DNA from: Anaerohalosphaeraceae bacterium
GTDB taxonomy: Bacteria > Planctomycetota > Phycisphaerae > Sedimentisphaerales > Anaerohalosphaeraceae
Reading direction: 5' to 3'
Length of the DNA: 64,000 nt
Assembly (NCBI GenBank): GCA_963675155.1
Contig: OY775912.1
Location: 296,058 to 360,057 of the forward strand
Shown: in pieces, positions 1 to 9,258 of the stretch
Layout: each line of letters starts with the position of its first letter
Numbering within the stretch: the stretch's first letter is position 1
The notes under the pieces: model-generated
What the model saw: only the letters and a program-made list of their open reading frames with translations
Told to the model about the DNA's origin: nothing
Database searches by the model: none
Translations under genes and position numbers: made by a program

Positions 1-523
1 TGCTTTTGCGGGGATACAGTGGCTGTCGGCAAATGTGAATACACGGGAGGTCATGCATGCGTTTGAGATGCTCCATGACATACCGGAGATTTTTGGCCTT
101 GCTGACCTCAGTGATACGGAGGTACCTAAGCACTTCTTCCTCGGTCATTAAATCCGGAACGGGCTGCCATTGCCCATTTGCATCTTGCATCATAGAGCCA
201 TTCATCGTCAAATTTTCATATGTTCTATTGTCATTCATTTTAATCATCTTTCAATTTTGTCGTGACATTATTTTGTTCAAACTACCGCCGAATAGCGATC
301 ATTGCAGGGCTATAATTATGCAGAATGGATGTGCGTTTTAGGGAGGGAAGAAAAGGTTAATCCAGGTCCGTTGTGTGCAACAGCACTTGCAACAAGCAAG
401 CACATTTTGCTTTCAGACCAATTACAGATGTGTTTCAGTCAGCGTCGTAAGTCTTTATAACACCGTTGTTAATCGTTTAATTACAAATACTTACAAAACC
501 CTCGGATCGCACTGAAAATCCGT

Positions 524-3500
524 GTGTCGGCGGTTCACGAGACGGTCGAACTTCGTACATCTGACGGTGTTGAAGTGGATCAGGTGGATTATCAGTTGGG
601 TTTTCCCTGGCCGACGGTCGGCGATTCGGTGCCGGAGACAACGACGGGCAACGGGTATTCGATTCAGCTTGTCAATCCGGGTTTTGATAATGATTTAGCG
701 GGGAGTTGGCGCAGTGCGTATCCTACGCCGGGAGCGGCAAATTCGTCGGTTTATGCGGCGAACCTGCCGCCCGCCATTCGTCAGGTTCAACACAGCCCCA
801 AGCAGCCGACTTCGACTGATACCGTGATCGTGACGGCCAAAGTTACGGATCCTGACGGCGTTGATTTCGTTACACTCCAATTTCAACTTGTTGAGCCGGG
901 CAGTTATATCCCGATTCGATTTCCAAGTGGATCGGAGAATTCCGCTTATAGCAGCGGATGGTCTTCTACTCAAATGTATGACAACGGATTGAATGGCGAT
1001 CAATACGCCGGGGATTCGGTTTATTCCGTTCAGGTGCCGGCTTTTGTACAGAATCATCGCAATTTGATTCGCTATCGAATTGTTGCGCAAGACACCGGTG
1101 GTCGGAGCCTTACGGTTCCTTATGCCGATGATCCGCAGCCGAATTTTGCGTATTTTATTTACGATGGCGCCCCTGCCTGGAGCGGCGCTTTCAAATCCGG
1201 TGATCCGGTTGTGAGCTATGGCACGGATGTTATGAATTCGCTGCTGATTTTCCAGGTCATTTCCAGAGCGACGGATATTCAAACGTGCCATCTGGGTCCG
1301 GAAACGGAAGAGTATCTATATGCCGCCACGGTCATTTGTGACGGTGAAGTCTATGACCATGTTGGTTACCGAATCAAAGGCGCCTATTCTTTTAATATCG
1401 AGGGCAAGAAGAAATGGAAATTCAACTTTAATCGAGGCCATCATTTGCAGCTTCGTGACAACTATGGAAAAAAATACAACCAGAAGTGGGATAAAATTAA
1501 CCTCTCAACAGGAACCTGTCCATATTGGCAGGAGTTCGGCTGGGATGGCGGCATTGACGGGATGGTTCTCAATGAAGCGGCGTCCTTTAAGCTCTTTAAC
1601 ATGTCCGGTGTGCCGGCGTGTAATACCACCTTTCTCCATATGCGCGTTGTTGATGATTCCTCTGAGACGGGAGCCAATCAATATGCCGGTGATTTCTGGG
1701 GGCTTTATATCGGCGTTGAACAAATGGATACACGTTACCTAAAAGAACATGATCTGCCGGACGGAAATCTTTATAAAATGGCAGGCAGTCCTTTGGGCGC
1801 CAGCCAGGGGCCGACAGAGCAGGTGATAACTGATCCAAGTGACGCATGGGCTCTTATCAATGGTATCGAATCGCATCCATCCTTGTCCTGGTGGCAAAGC
1901 AATGTCAATTTGCAGGGATATTACGCATATCGTACCGTGTCCACGGTGGTGAACAATTCAGATCCGCGTGTGAACTGGAATTGCTATTATTTCCATGATC
2001 CGTTGGCTGACAAATGGTCTATCCTGCCGTGGGATTTGGATCTGACCTATGAATATGCCACTCACTACACGGACAATGAGCATTTCAGGTATGTTGTTGA
2101 AGACTATGCCCAGGCTGGTCTTGACTATAAAAACAGAGCCAGGGAGCTACAGGATTTGTTATTCAACGGTGAACAAGCTGCGCAGGTGATCGATGAACTC
2201 GCATCAGTTGTCAGCCATCCGTCAACTACGGAAAAATTTACCGAAGCCAACCGTGCCCGCTGGGAAAATGACCCCTGGGTTGTCAACAAGGGACGAGATG
2301 ATTTATTTTATATCAGCAGTTGGTGGGATCCGGATCATGATTTTGCGACGGTTGTGCAATACATGAAAGATTTTCTGACACCGGAAGGGATTGGCAATCA
2401 GTTTGGCGGCGGAAAACTGTCGGTGGATATCGCGGACTCGGCCATTCCCGATACGCCGACGATTAGCTATATCGGTGAACCCAATTATCCGGAAAACGAT
2501 TTGCGATTCCAGACCAGCCCGTTCAGTGATTCAACCGGTTCATTTGCGGCGATGAAATGGCGGATTGCCGAAGTCGAATCTTATATACAGCCGGAAATTC
2601 CGCCTACTTCAGGAGGAACGGTCGCGCTGATCCCTGAAGATTCGCAGTGGCAGTATTTCAAGGGGCAAGCTGAGCCTTCAAGCCCGACAACCCAATGGCG
2701 GCAGATATCCTTCAATGACAGTGGTTGGCTGAGTGGTTATACGCCGATTGGTTATGGCGTGACAGTTAATACCGAACTGACGGATATGCGGCGTATTAAT
2801 GGGGCTCAGGACGGCTACTCCAGTGTGTATCTGCGAAAGGAGTTTCAGATTACCTCACCGTCGGATGTTGAAACGTTGCGGTTAACATTAGGGTATGACG
2901 ACGGCTTTAATGTCTGGATCAACGGGACGCATCTGGATTCGGTCAACGTTGCCCAGGAAAATATGGCCTATGACAGCACTGCTTTAGTGTATGAGGGCTC
3001 CGGCCAGGCTTCAACACAGCTGACATATGAGAATCCGGAAACATTTCTGGTTTCCGGTAAGAATGTGATAGCGGTTCAGTTATTAAACTACGAAATAACA
3101 AGTTCTGATTCGTTTTTTGATCCGGTTTTAGACGCTGATATTGTCAGTGACCCCGGCAGCGGCGGATCGTATGACTTTGTTTATACCGGTCAGCCCGGCA
3201 AATACGAGATTGACGCGGTCTGGGAAAGTGACGAACTGGCGACGTTTACCAGTGAGGTTCAGATTCCTGCTGACGGCATCAAGCCGGGCAGGACGTATCG
3301 TGTCCGTTGTAAAATGAAGGACGATACCGGCCGCTGGAGCCATTGGTCCGTTCCGATTCAATTTGTCGCTGGTGAGGCAATTGATGCCGACATCCTGACC
3401 TATTTGCGGGTTACCGAACTGATGTATAACAATGATGATGCCGATTTTATCGAACTGAAAAACATCAGCAGCACGGCGACACTGGATTTAAGCGATGTCT

Positions 3501-3892
3501 CGATCACAAGCGGGGTGCAATTCAGTTTTGCCGGCAGTGACGTCACCACCCTTGCTCCGGGCGCCTTTGTCTTGGTGGTAAAAGATCAGGGTGATTTTGA
3601 AACGCAATACGGAACCGGACACAATAGTAAAATTGCGGGTGTGTTTGTTGACAGTAGTTTGTCCAACGGCGGCGAAACCGTCAAATTGGAAGATACATGG
3701 AATGGGACAATTGTTGAATTTGAATACAATGATAGTCGCGGCTGGCCGCTGGCGGCCGACGGTCCCGGTCACTCGCTGGTTCCCTTACCCTTGACGATCG
3801 AAGAGCAACCTCTGGGGACCCTTGATTTTGGCGGAAACTGGCGACAAAGTACCTATATCGGCGGTTCCCCCGGCGCCGAGTGTCGTTATTAA
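524..3892 (+). CDS. CotH-domain / lamin-tail-domain (LTD) protein, N-terminal portion. It begins mid-LTD and is probably continued by 3822..4865 after a frameshift
   Basis: CotH-like block (FWGLYIGVEQMD...GNLYKMAG). LTD-like segment near residue 950 (ELMYNNDDADFIELKN). Ends GGSPGAECRY* exactly where the GSPGA-P-VVINE linker of LTD proteins is expected. GTG start, no signal peptide; the first ~70 aa look like the C-terminal half of an LTD. Confidence 0.55.
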   Translation: MSAVHETVELRTSDGVEVDQVDYQLGFPWPTVGDSVPETTTGNGYSIQLVNPGFDNDLAGSWRSAYPTPGAANSSVYAANLPPAIRQVQHSPKQPTSTDTVIVTAKVTDPDGVDFVTLQFQLVEPGSYIPIRFPSGSENSAYSSGWSSTQMYDNGLNGDQYAGDSVYSVQVPAFVQNHRNLIRYRIVAQDTGGRSLTVPYADDPQPNFAYFIYDGAPAWSGAFKSGDPVVSYGTDVMNSLLIFQVISRATDIQTCHLGPETEEYLYAATVICDGEVYDHVGYRIKGAYSFNIEGKKKWKFNFNRGHHLQLRDNYGKKYNQKWDKINLSTGTCPYWQEFGWDGGIDGMVLNEAASFKLFNMSGVPACNTTFLHMRVVDDSSETGANQYAGDFWGLYIGVEQMDTRYLKEHDLPDGNLYKMAGSPLGASQGPTEQVITDPSDAWALINGIESHPSLSWWQSNVNLQGYYAYRTVSTVVNNSDPRVNWNCYYFHDPLADKWSILPWDLDLTYEYATHYTDNEHFRYVVEDYAQAGLDYKNRARELQDLLFNGEQAAQVIDELASVVSHPSTTEKFTEANRARWENDPWVVNKGRDDLFYISSWWDPDHDFATVVQYMKDFLTPEGIGNQFGGGKLSVDIADSAIPDTPTISYIGEPNYPENDLRFQTSPFSDSTGSFAAMKWRIAEVESYIQPEIPPTSGGTVALIPEDSQWQYFKGQAEPSSPTTQWRQISFNDSGWLSGYTPIGYGVTVNTELTDMRRINGAQDGYSSVYLRKEFQITSPSDVETLRLTLGYDDGFNVWINGTHLDSVNVAQENMAYDSTALVYEGSGQASTQLTYENPETFLVSGKNVIAVQLLNYEITSSDSFFDPVLDADIVSDPGSGGSYDFVYTGQPGKYEIDAVWESDELATFTSEVQIPADGIKPGRTYRVRCKMKDDTGRWSHWSVPIQFVAGEAIDADILTYLRVTELMYNNDDADFIELKNISSTATLDLSDVSITSGVQFSFAGSDVTTLAPGAFVLVVKDQGDFETQYGTGHNSKIAGVFVDSSLSNGGETVKLEDTWNGTIVEFEYNDSRGWPLAADGPGHSLVPLPLTIEEQPLGTLDFGGNWRQSTYIGGSPGAECRY

Positions 3893-4865
3893 TGAATTGA
3901 TGGCGCATACCGATTTCAGTGATCCGGTCAATTATCCGGACTATGACAGTAATGACTGGATCGAGCTGTACAATGCCGGTGACTCCTCTGTTAGTCTCAG
4001 TGGTAACTGGTATCTCAGCGACGATCCGGACGACCTCAAGAAATGGGCTCTTCCGAGCCGTACGCTGAATGCAGGTGGCCGGATCAGCGTTGATGAGATT
4101 ACCGGGTTCCATAGCCCGATCACCAGCGGCTTCGGTCTGGACAAAGCCGGCGAACAGATTTACCTGTCGTATTTGCCGGGCACCAGTGCTGACCGTGTGG
4201 TCGATTGCATTCAGTTCAAAGGACAGGCAAACAGTATTTCCTTAAGCCGTTATCCGGACGGCGGCAGCGATTGGTTCTCCGCCTCACCGGGTACACAGAA
4301 CGCAGCCAACACGAATCTTGTTGCCCATGTCGTGATCAGCGAGATCATGTACCATCCCACCGAGGGAACAACGAATGAGGAATATATCGAACTGTACAAC
4401 CCGACCGGTTCAAGTGTCAATTTATGGACCGATACTGGTTCGTGGGCACTGGATGGCGGCGTTGATTATGAATTCCCGCCCAACACGACGCTGTCCAGCG
4501 GCGATCGTTTTTTGGTGGTGGATTTTGACCCGGCGACAGAATCCACTCGTTTAGATGCTTTCAAAATCAGTTACACTAATACAAATTTGACAGCGGGTGT
4601 TAATATCTTCGGTCCCTGGAGTGGTAATCTTTCCAATAATGGTGAGCGAGTTACATTGGAAAGGCCGCAGGATTCCGATGATCCACTGGATCCGACGTCG
4701 ATCTCCTGGATCATTGTCGATGAGTGCATCTATAACGACTACTGGCCGTGGCCGACGGGAGCCGACGGTACGGGCACGGCACTGTCTCGCCAGTCATCGT
4801 CAGCGGCCGCTTCCGGAAACGATGCTGCTAACTGGCTGGCGCAGACTCCGACACCGGGATGGTAA
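3822..4865 (+). CDS. tandem lamin-tail-domain (LTD) module; likely C-terminal continuation (other frame) of 524..3892
   Basis: Two LTD signatures: VVINELMAH...WIELYNAGDSSVSLSGNWYLSDD and VVISEIMYHP...YIELYNPTGSSVNLW. C-terminal ...TPTPGW resembles the ...APTPGL end of 10668..15434. Confidence 0.55.
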   Translation: MILAETGDKVPISAVPPAPSVVINELMAHTDFSDPVNYPDYDSNDWIELYNAGDSSVSLSGNWYLSDDPDDLKKWALPSRTLNAGGRISVDEITGFHSPITSGFGLDKAGEQIYLSYLPGTSADRVVDCIQFKGQANSISLSRYPDGGSDWFSASPGTQNAANTNLVAHVVISEIMYHPTEGTTNEEYIELYNPTGSSVNLWTDTGSWALDGGVDYEFPPNTTLSSGDRFLVVDFDPATESTRLDAFKISYTNTNLTAGVNIFGPWSGNLSNNGERVTLERPQDSDDPLDPTSISWIIVDECIYNDYWPWPTGADGTGTALSRQSSSAAASGNDAANWLAQTPTPGW

Positions 4866-5328
4866 CTAGAAGTTCTGCCGCGTGTTGCAAATACGGTCAC
4901 ATCCCCGGGAGCGGTCCATGAGACCGTTTGGCGAGGAGTATTTAACCGTTTACTCTGAAATGAGTTACGTTGAATTCAGCAGAGAAGCAGAATTTTTGAA
5001 ACCCCTGCTAACAAATGGGGAAATCATCTGTTGCTTTTCGAATGACGCTGTAAGTCCTTGTCTTGTCGTTATTAGTCATTTATTTTAAAGTACTTACGGA
5101 ATTCCTTGACAGGCTGGAACCCCGTATCTCGCGGTTCAGTTTTTTCTCTGACAAATCTTCCCATCGGTTTCGGCGGCCTCCTGAACATTTTGATCATCCA
5201 CCCTAGAAAAATCCGATAAAGAGAAAAATCGTGAATTGTTTTGCACAAACTCCATATAAAATGGCTTTTCTATTACAGACGAGGCAATAAGATACACGCA
5301 TCACATTTTTGAACGAGGAATATGTATT

Positions 5329-5853
5329 TTGAACGAGGAACAAAAAAAAGATATCAAGGGGCCAGAATTTGTAAGGTTGCTGACGGCAAACCAAAACAGA
5401 ATCTCTGCCTATATTTCAGGACTTGTTCCTAATTTCAACGATGCGGATGATATCCTTCAGGAAACGACTGCTATGATGTGGGCAAGAGCGGAAGATTTCA
5501 CTTCCGGGACGGATTTTGCTGCCTGGGGAGTTCGGATTGCATATTATAAAATTCTTGATTACCGGAAAAAGAAGCGTCGCGAGGGGAAATTACTCTTTTC
5601 GGATGAAATGTTTAGCCGGATTGCAGAAAAGGCTCCGACCCGTGTTGGCAAAACAAATACTTATATTGAGAAGCTTCGAGAGTGTACCGACAAACTTCAG
5701 TTGCGGGATAAAGATCTTCTCAATTTACGTTACTCAAATGGCCTGAGCGTTAAAAAAATCTCACTTCGCATCAATTACAGTATTCGAACAGTTTATTATG
5801 ATTTGTCTCGTATTCATGGATTATTGTTAAATTGTATAGAGCGTCCTGAATAA
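5329..5853 (+). CDS. ECF-type sigma-70 family RNA polymerase sigma factor
   Basis: Region 2 (DADDILQETTAMMWARAEDF...FAAWGVRIAYYKILDYRKKK) and region 4 HTH (LRYSNGLSVKKISLRINYSIRTVYYDLSRI). TTG start embedded in a 14-bp direct repeat. Stop overlaps the anti-sigma start (ATGA). Confidence 0.85.
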   Translation: MNEEQKKDIKGPEFVRLLTANQNRISAYISGLVPNFNDADDILQETTAMMWARAEDFTSGTDFAAWGVRIAYYKILDYRKKKRREGKLLFSDEMFSRIAEKAPTRVGKTNTYIEKLRECTDKLQLRDKDLLNLRYSNGLSVKKISLRINYSIRTVYYDLSRIHGLLLNCIERPE

Positions 5854-7541
5854 TGAAAAGTTCAATTAAAGAAAAAACTCAGTTTCGCTGTTTACTCATG
5901 AAGTCGCTGGATGGGACTATCTCCAAAGAAGAAACGGCCGTGTTTAATCAACTCGTTTTCGATTTTCCGGATTTAGAGGAGTATTACTTTAAATGTATGG
6001 ATTTACATTCAGCGCTGGATGGTATTCAAACGCTTGCTGAAATGAGTCATTTGGATGTTGAAGTTGAGCAAAAAAACGCGTTTCTGAGTGAGTTGGGTGA
6101 ATATGAAAAGATTGCCCCCACAATGGAAGTTCTCTCTGCTCCGGAAGACAAGGAATGGTTTCCGGTTAAGAAAATAAGCTATGCAGGGTCCGTCCGGAAG
6201 ATTAACAAGTTTTCATTGGTGACTGCCGTTCTTGGCACGGCTGCGTTTATTCTGATGATTCTGTATGTCCGTATCGTCCCTAATGCTCCCTATCAAGTGG
6301 CGACCATTTGTGATTCCATTGACGCGGAGTGGTCTGCGGGCTTGCCGATTAGCTCGGGAACACGCATTTCTTCTGATTCCCGGCCCATTCAATTGACCCG
6401 GGGAATTATGAAATTGCAGACAGATAGTCAGGTTGAGATTACCTTAGAAGCACCGACAGAATTTTATTTCTCGTCAGACTATAACATGGTAATGAATTAC
6501 GGGAAACTGTTCGCACACGTTTCCAGGCAGGGATTGGGTTTTACAGTTGCGACGCCGAATTCGAGAATTACCGATTTAGGGACTGAATTTGGAGTTCTGA
6601 GTCAAATCGACGGAACCACCGAAGTACACATGTTCAAAGGGAAGGCGAACGTATTTGGGGGCGGTAAAAATCAGACGAAAACATCTCAAATTTTAACCGC
6701 CGGTTCGGCGGTAAGTGTGAGTCGGCATAATTCGACGGTACAAGAAATCTCGCTGGATAAAGGGGTTGTCGTTCGAGATATCATTGGTTCGGAAAATAAG
6801 TTGGCCTGGAGGGGGCAGACAACCCTTCGTTTTGCCGACTTGTTACTAGGCGGCAACGGATTTGGAACAGCGTCTTTGCCGAATATTGAATACGATCCTG
6901 CCGCAGGTACGGTGGTTTCAAGTGGTGTGGCTGGATACAGAAGCGGTCCGGGAAAGAGGAAGGCAATTTCACAAAGTCCCTATCTTGACAGTATCTTTGT
7001 CCCCGGCAGCGAGGATGGCGATGTTATTGTTAGCTCGCTTGGCCATAAATTTGGTGAATGTCCTGAAACGAGTGGCTTGTATTTCGCAAATGTTTTATGT
7101 CAAAAAAACTTTCTATTTTTTGATCCGATCCAACAAGTTTTTAAGCAGTCCAGACAGCAATTTGAAGATTCGGGATTTCTTTACCTGCACAGCAACGTCG
7201 GCCTGACGATTGACCTGAATGCGGTTCGACGGGCTGTTCCCGGCCTTTCTGTCTCTTCGTTCTCTGCTTTTGCCGGGATTATCCGTACCTGGAATGATAC
7301 GCCGGATAGTTCAGAGGCAGATGTATGGATTTTAGTGGATGGCCAGGTTCGGTCTTCTCGGAAAGCTCTTCGAGCTGACGAGGGATATGATATTCATATT
7401 GATATCACTGATGAGGATCGTTTCTTAACCTTGATTGTTACGGATGGCGGAAAAACTTATTCGGAGGGCTTCCCCGCCAATCATTATGATACGTGTGGTT
7501 TTGCCGAACCGGTTTTTAATTTGGTATTGCCTTCAAAATAA
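5853..7541 (+). CDS. FecR-family transmembrane anti-sigma factor with a C-terminal beta-sandwich sensor domain
   Basis: Single TM helix (FSLVTAVLGTAAFILMILYV). FecR-like block (GFTVATPNSRITDLGTEFGVLS...EVHMFKGKANVF). C-terminal domain shared with 24733..26466 (DVWILVDGQV...RFLTLIVTDG). Translationally coupled to the sigma factor. Confidence 0.75.
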   Translation: MKSSIKEKTQFRCLLMKSLDGTISKEETAVFNQLVFDFPDLEEYYFKCMDLHSALDGIQTLAEMSHLDVEVEQKNAFLSELGEYEKIAPTMEVLSAPEDKEWFPVKKISYAGSVRKINKFSLVTAVLGTAAFILMILYVRIVPNAPYQVATICDSIDAEWSAGLPISSGTRISSDSRPIQLTRGIMKLQTDSQVEITLEAPTEFYFSSDYNMVMNYGKLFAHVSRQGLGFTVATPNSRITDLGTEFGVLSQIDGTTEVHMFKGKANVFGGGKNQTKTSQILTAGSAVSVSRHNSTVQEISLDKGVVVRDIIGSENKLAWRGQTTLRFADLLLGGNGFGTASLPNIEYDPAAGTVVSSGVAGYRSGPGKRKAISQSPYLDSIFVPGSEDGDVIVSSLGHKFGECPETSGLYFANVLCQKNFLFFDPIQQVFKQSRQQFEDSGFLYLHSNVGLTIDLNAVRRAVPGLSVSSFSAFAGIIRTWNDTPDSSEADVWILVDGQVRSSRKALRADEGYDIHIDITDEDRFLTLIVTDGGKTYSEGFPANHYDTCGFAEPVFNLVLPSK

Positions 7542-7664
7542 TTTCAACGATGGAGTTGCATCGGAGGCAGGGGGGCACCAAATCGCGATATGTTTTTTAA
7601 GGTCAGGAGGTCTTGGCAGTCGGCCAAGTCAATGAGATGAGAAACATTTTTTGAAAGGAGAATT

Positions 7665-9032
7665 ATGAAAAGGCAAATATTATTATCTGTATTGCTGGTA
7701 CTGATGTTCAGTGTTTCAAGTCAGGCGAATAAGTTAGCGAATGGAGGGTTTGAAGATCCCGCGACCCCTCTTGGATCGTGGAATGGTTTGACGCCGATTC
7801 CCAACTGGAAGTTTGAGGGATATATACCGACCGGTGGCTGGCAAGCTGGTTTAATTGGAAATGACGTCGGTCGCGTTCGGGATATTCAGGGCGCTCGAAT
7901 CTGGGGCAATGACACGGTCCTTTACCAGGAGTTTGATGTCGATGCCGGGGCCGGTTATGTGTTCAGTGTATATTGTCATAACAACGCTGACGGTGATACT
8001 GTTGATGGGATATTCCATCTGGTGGCGTCATTTTACGATGCAGCCAATGCGGAGCTTTCGTCGCAGATTGTCGCATCATTTGATACGGCAGTGGAGCCCA
8101 CACAAGCGTTGGGTGAATGGGTCCAGATTTCCGGTTCCGTTACTGCTCCCATCGGTGCGGTGACAGGTCGAGTTGGTTTGGACCTGGATGACCGGACCAT
8201 TGGCGGCATGGACTTTGACGATGTTTCAGTGCGTAAAGCAGGGGCCTACAATCCGATTCCATCTGACGGTGCCAATGTAGGGCTTGATTTAATTGCATTG
8301 AGTTGGTCCAATCCGGCTGCCAAAGATCCAAACAACAATACGGTGACATGTGATGTATATTTCGAAGAAGACGATGGGGACCCGAATATCCTCAGTCCCG
8401 CAATCGTAACCGGGCTTGAGGATAATACGCTTCTTCTCGCTGACTATGGGATTGTCTTACAGGACGACACTGTTTATCACTGGCGTGTGGATTGTACGGA
8501 TCCCAATAATGGCGGTCCCCTATTCTATGAGGGTGAGACCTGGACTTTCCAGGTTGCTGATTTGCCTCCGGTTGTGACGGTTGGCGATGATGAGTATCTC
8601 TGGCTGAACATGGATGATGGTGACGGTGATCCGGGCAAGGTGACTCTTACGGTATCTGGTACCTATACGGATGACGGAAAGAGCCCGATTACGCGCGTTG
8701 AGTGGATTGCTCCGGATGGCGGGACAATTGTCAGCCAATCAGAGCCGATCCCCGGAACCATTGAGGCGGTTGTCGAGATAGCAGCCCCCACGGTGCCGGA
8801 CTCATTAACGTTGACCCTGGAAGTTGAAGATTCTGCCGGAATAGGGGCAGATTCCCTGGAAGTCACGGTATACAACGACTGTCTTGCAGCGGCGGTGGCT
8901 GATGGTGATATCACTGAAGCTGAATCGCTGGGTGATATCAATCGTGATTGCAATGTAAATCTGGACGATTTCGCGATTCTGGCCGAAAAGTGGTTGCAGT
9001 GTCTGTCGGCAAAAGGCGGATGCACCCCGTAA
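7665..9032 (+). CDS. secreted carbohydrate-binding (CBM4/9-like jelly-roll) protein with Ig-like region and C-terminal dockerin-like EF-hand module
   Basis: Signal peptide MKRQILLSVLLVLMFSVSSQA. NGGFEDP...W motif typical of CBM-like beta-sandwich. C-terminal GDINRDCNVNLDDFAILAEKWLQC. Good RBS aaggag. Confidence 0.6.
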   Translation: MKRQILLSVLLVLMFSVSSQANKLANGGFEDPATPLGSWNGLTPIPNWKFEGYIPTGGWQAGLIGNDVGRVRDIQGARIWGNDTVLYQEFDVDAGAGYVFSVYCHNNADGDTVDGIFHLVASFYDAANAELSSQIVASFDTAVEPTQALGEWVQISGSVTAPIGAVTGRVGLDLDDRTIGGMDFDDVSVRKAGAYNPIPSDGANVGLDLIALSWSNPAAKDPNNNTVTCDVYFEEDDGDPNILSPAIVTGLEDNTLLLADYGIVLQDDTVYHWRVDCTDPNNGGPLFYEGETWTFQVADLPPVVTVGDDEYLWLNMDDGDGDPGKVTLTVSGTYTDDGKSPITRVEWIAPDGGTIVSQSEPIPGTIEAVVEIAAPTVPDSLTLTLEVEDSAGIGADSLEVTVYNDCLAAAVADGDITEAESLGDINRDCNVNLDDFAILAEKWLQCLSAKGGCTP

Positions 9033-9050
9033 TGTAATCAGAAAATACTT

Positions 9051-9079
9051 GTCGGGCGGATTTGCTTATCCGTCCGACA
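9051..9079 (+). terminator. candidate intrinsic terminator hairpin downstream of 7665..9032
   Basis: GTCGGGCGGAT-TTGCTT-ATCCGTCCGAC: 11-bp stem with one G-U. Weak or absent U-tract. Confidence 0.3.
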
Positions 9080-9258
9080 GGACATTACTTTAGTACGACG
9101 CTAAATGTGATAATGTCTCTGGGGGCCGGAGCCGGTAACGCTTACGTTGTTGATTAGGGGGATTTGTTCTCCAAACGCCGCCGAGGGCTGTCTGCCGAAA
9201 TGATTCGTTCGCTTTTTGCTTTTTTGCGTGGATATATTTTTGCTAATAGAGTCCCTAA

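Noticed and set aside
57-341. 94-aa ORF at the window start
   Set aside because: No recognisable motif or RBS; Cys/Phe-rich and AT-rich; likely non-coding promoter region of the truncated CotH-LTD gene.
695-4144. Numerous antisense and small sense ORFs inside the large genes (e.g. 695..1291-, 1320..1742+, 3681..4112-, 10722..11376-, 14853..15401-)
   Set aside because: Fully embedded in strongly supported long CDSs on the other strand or frame; low-complexity and Arg-rich translations typical of shadow ORFs.
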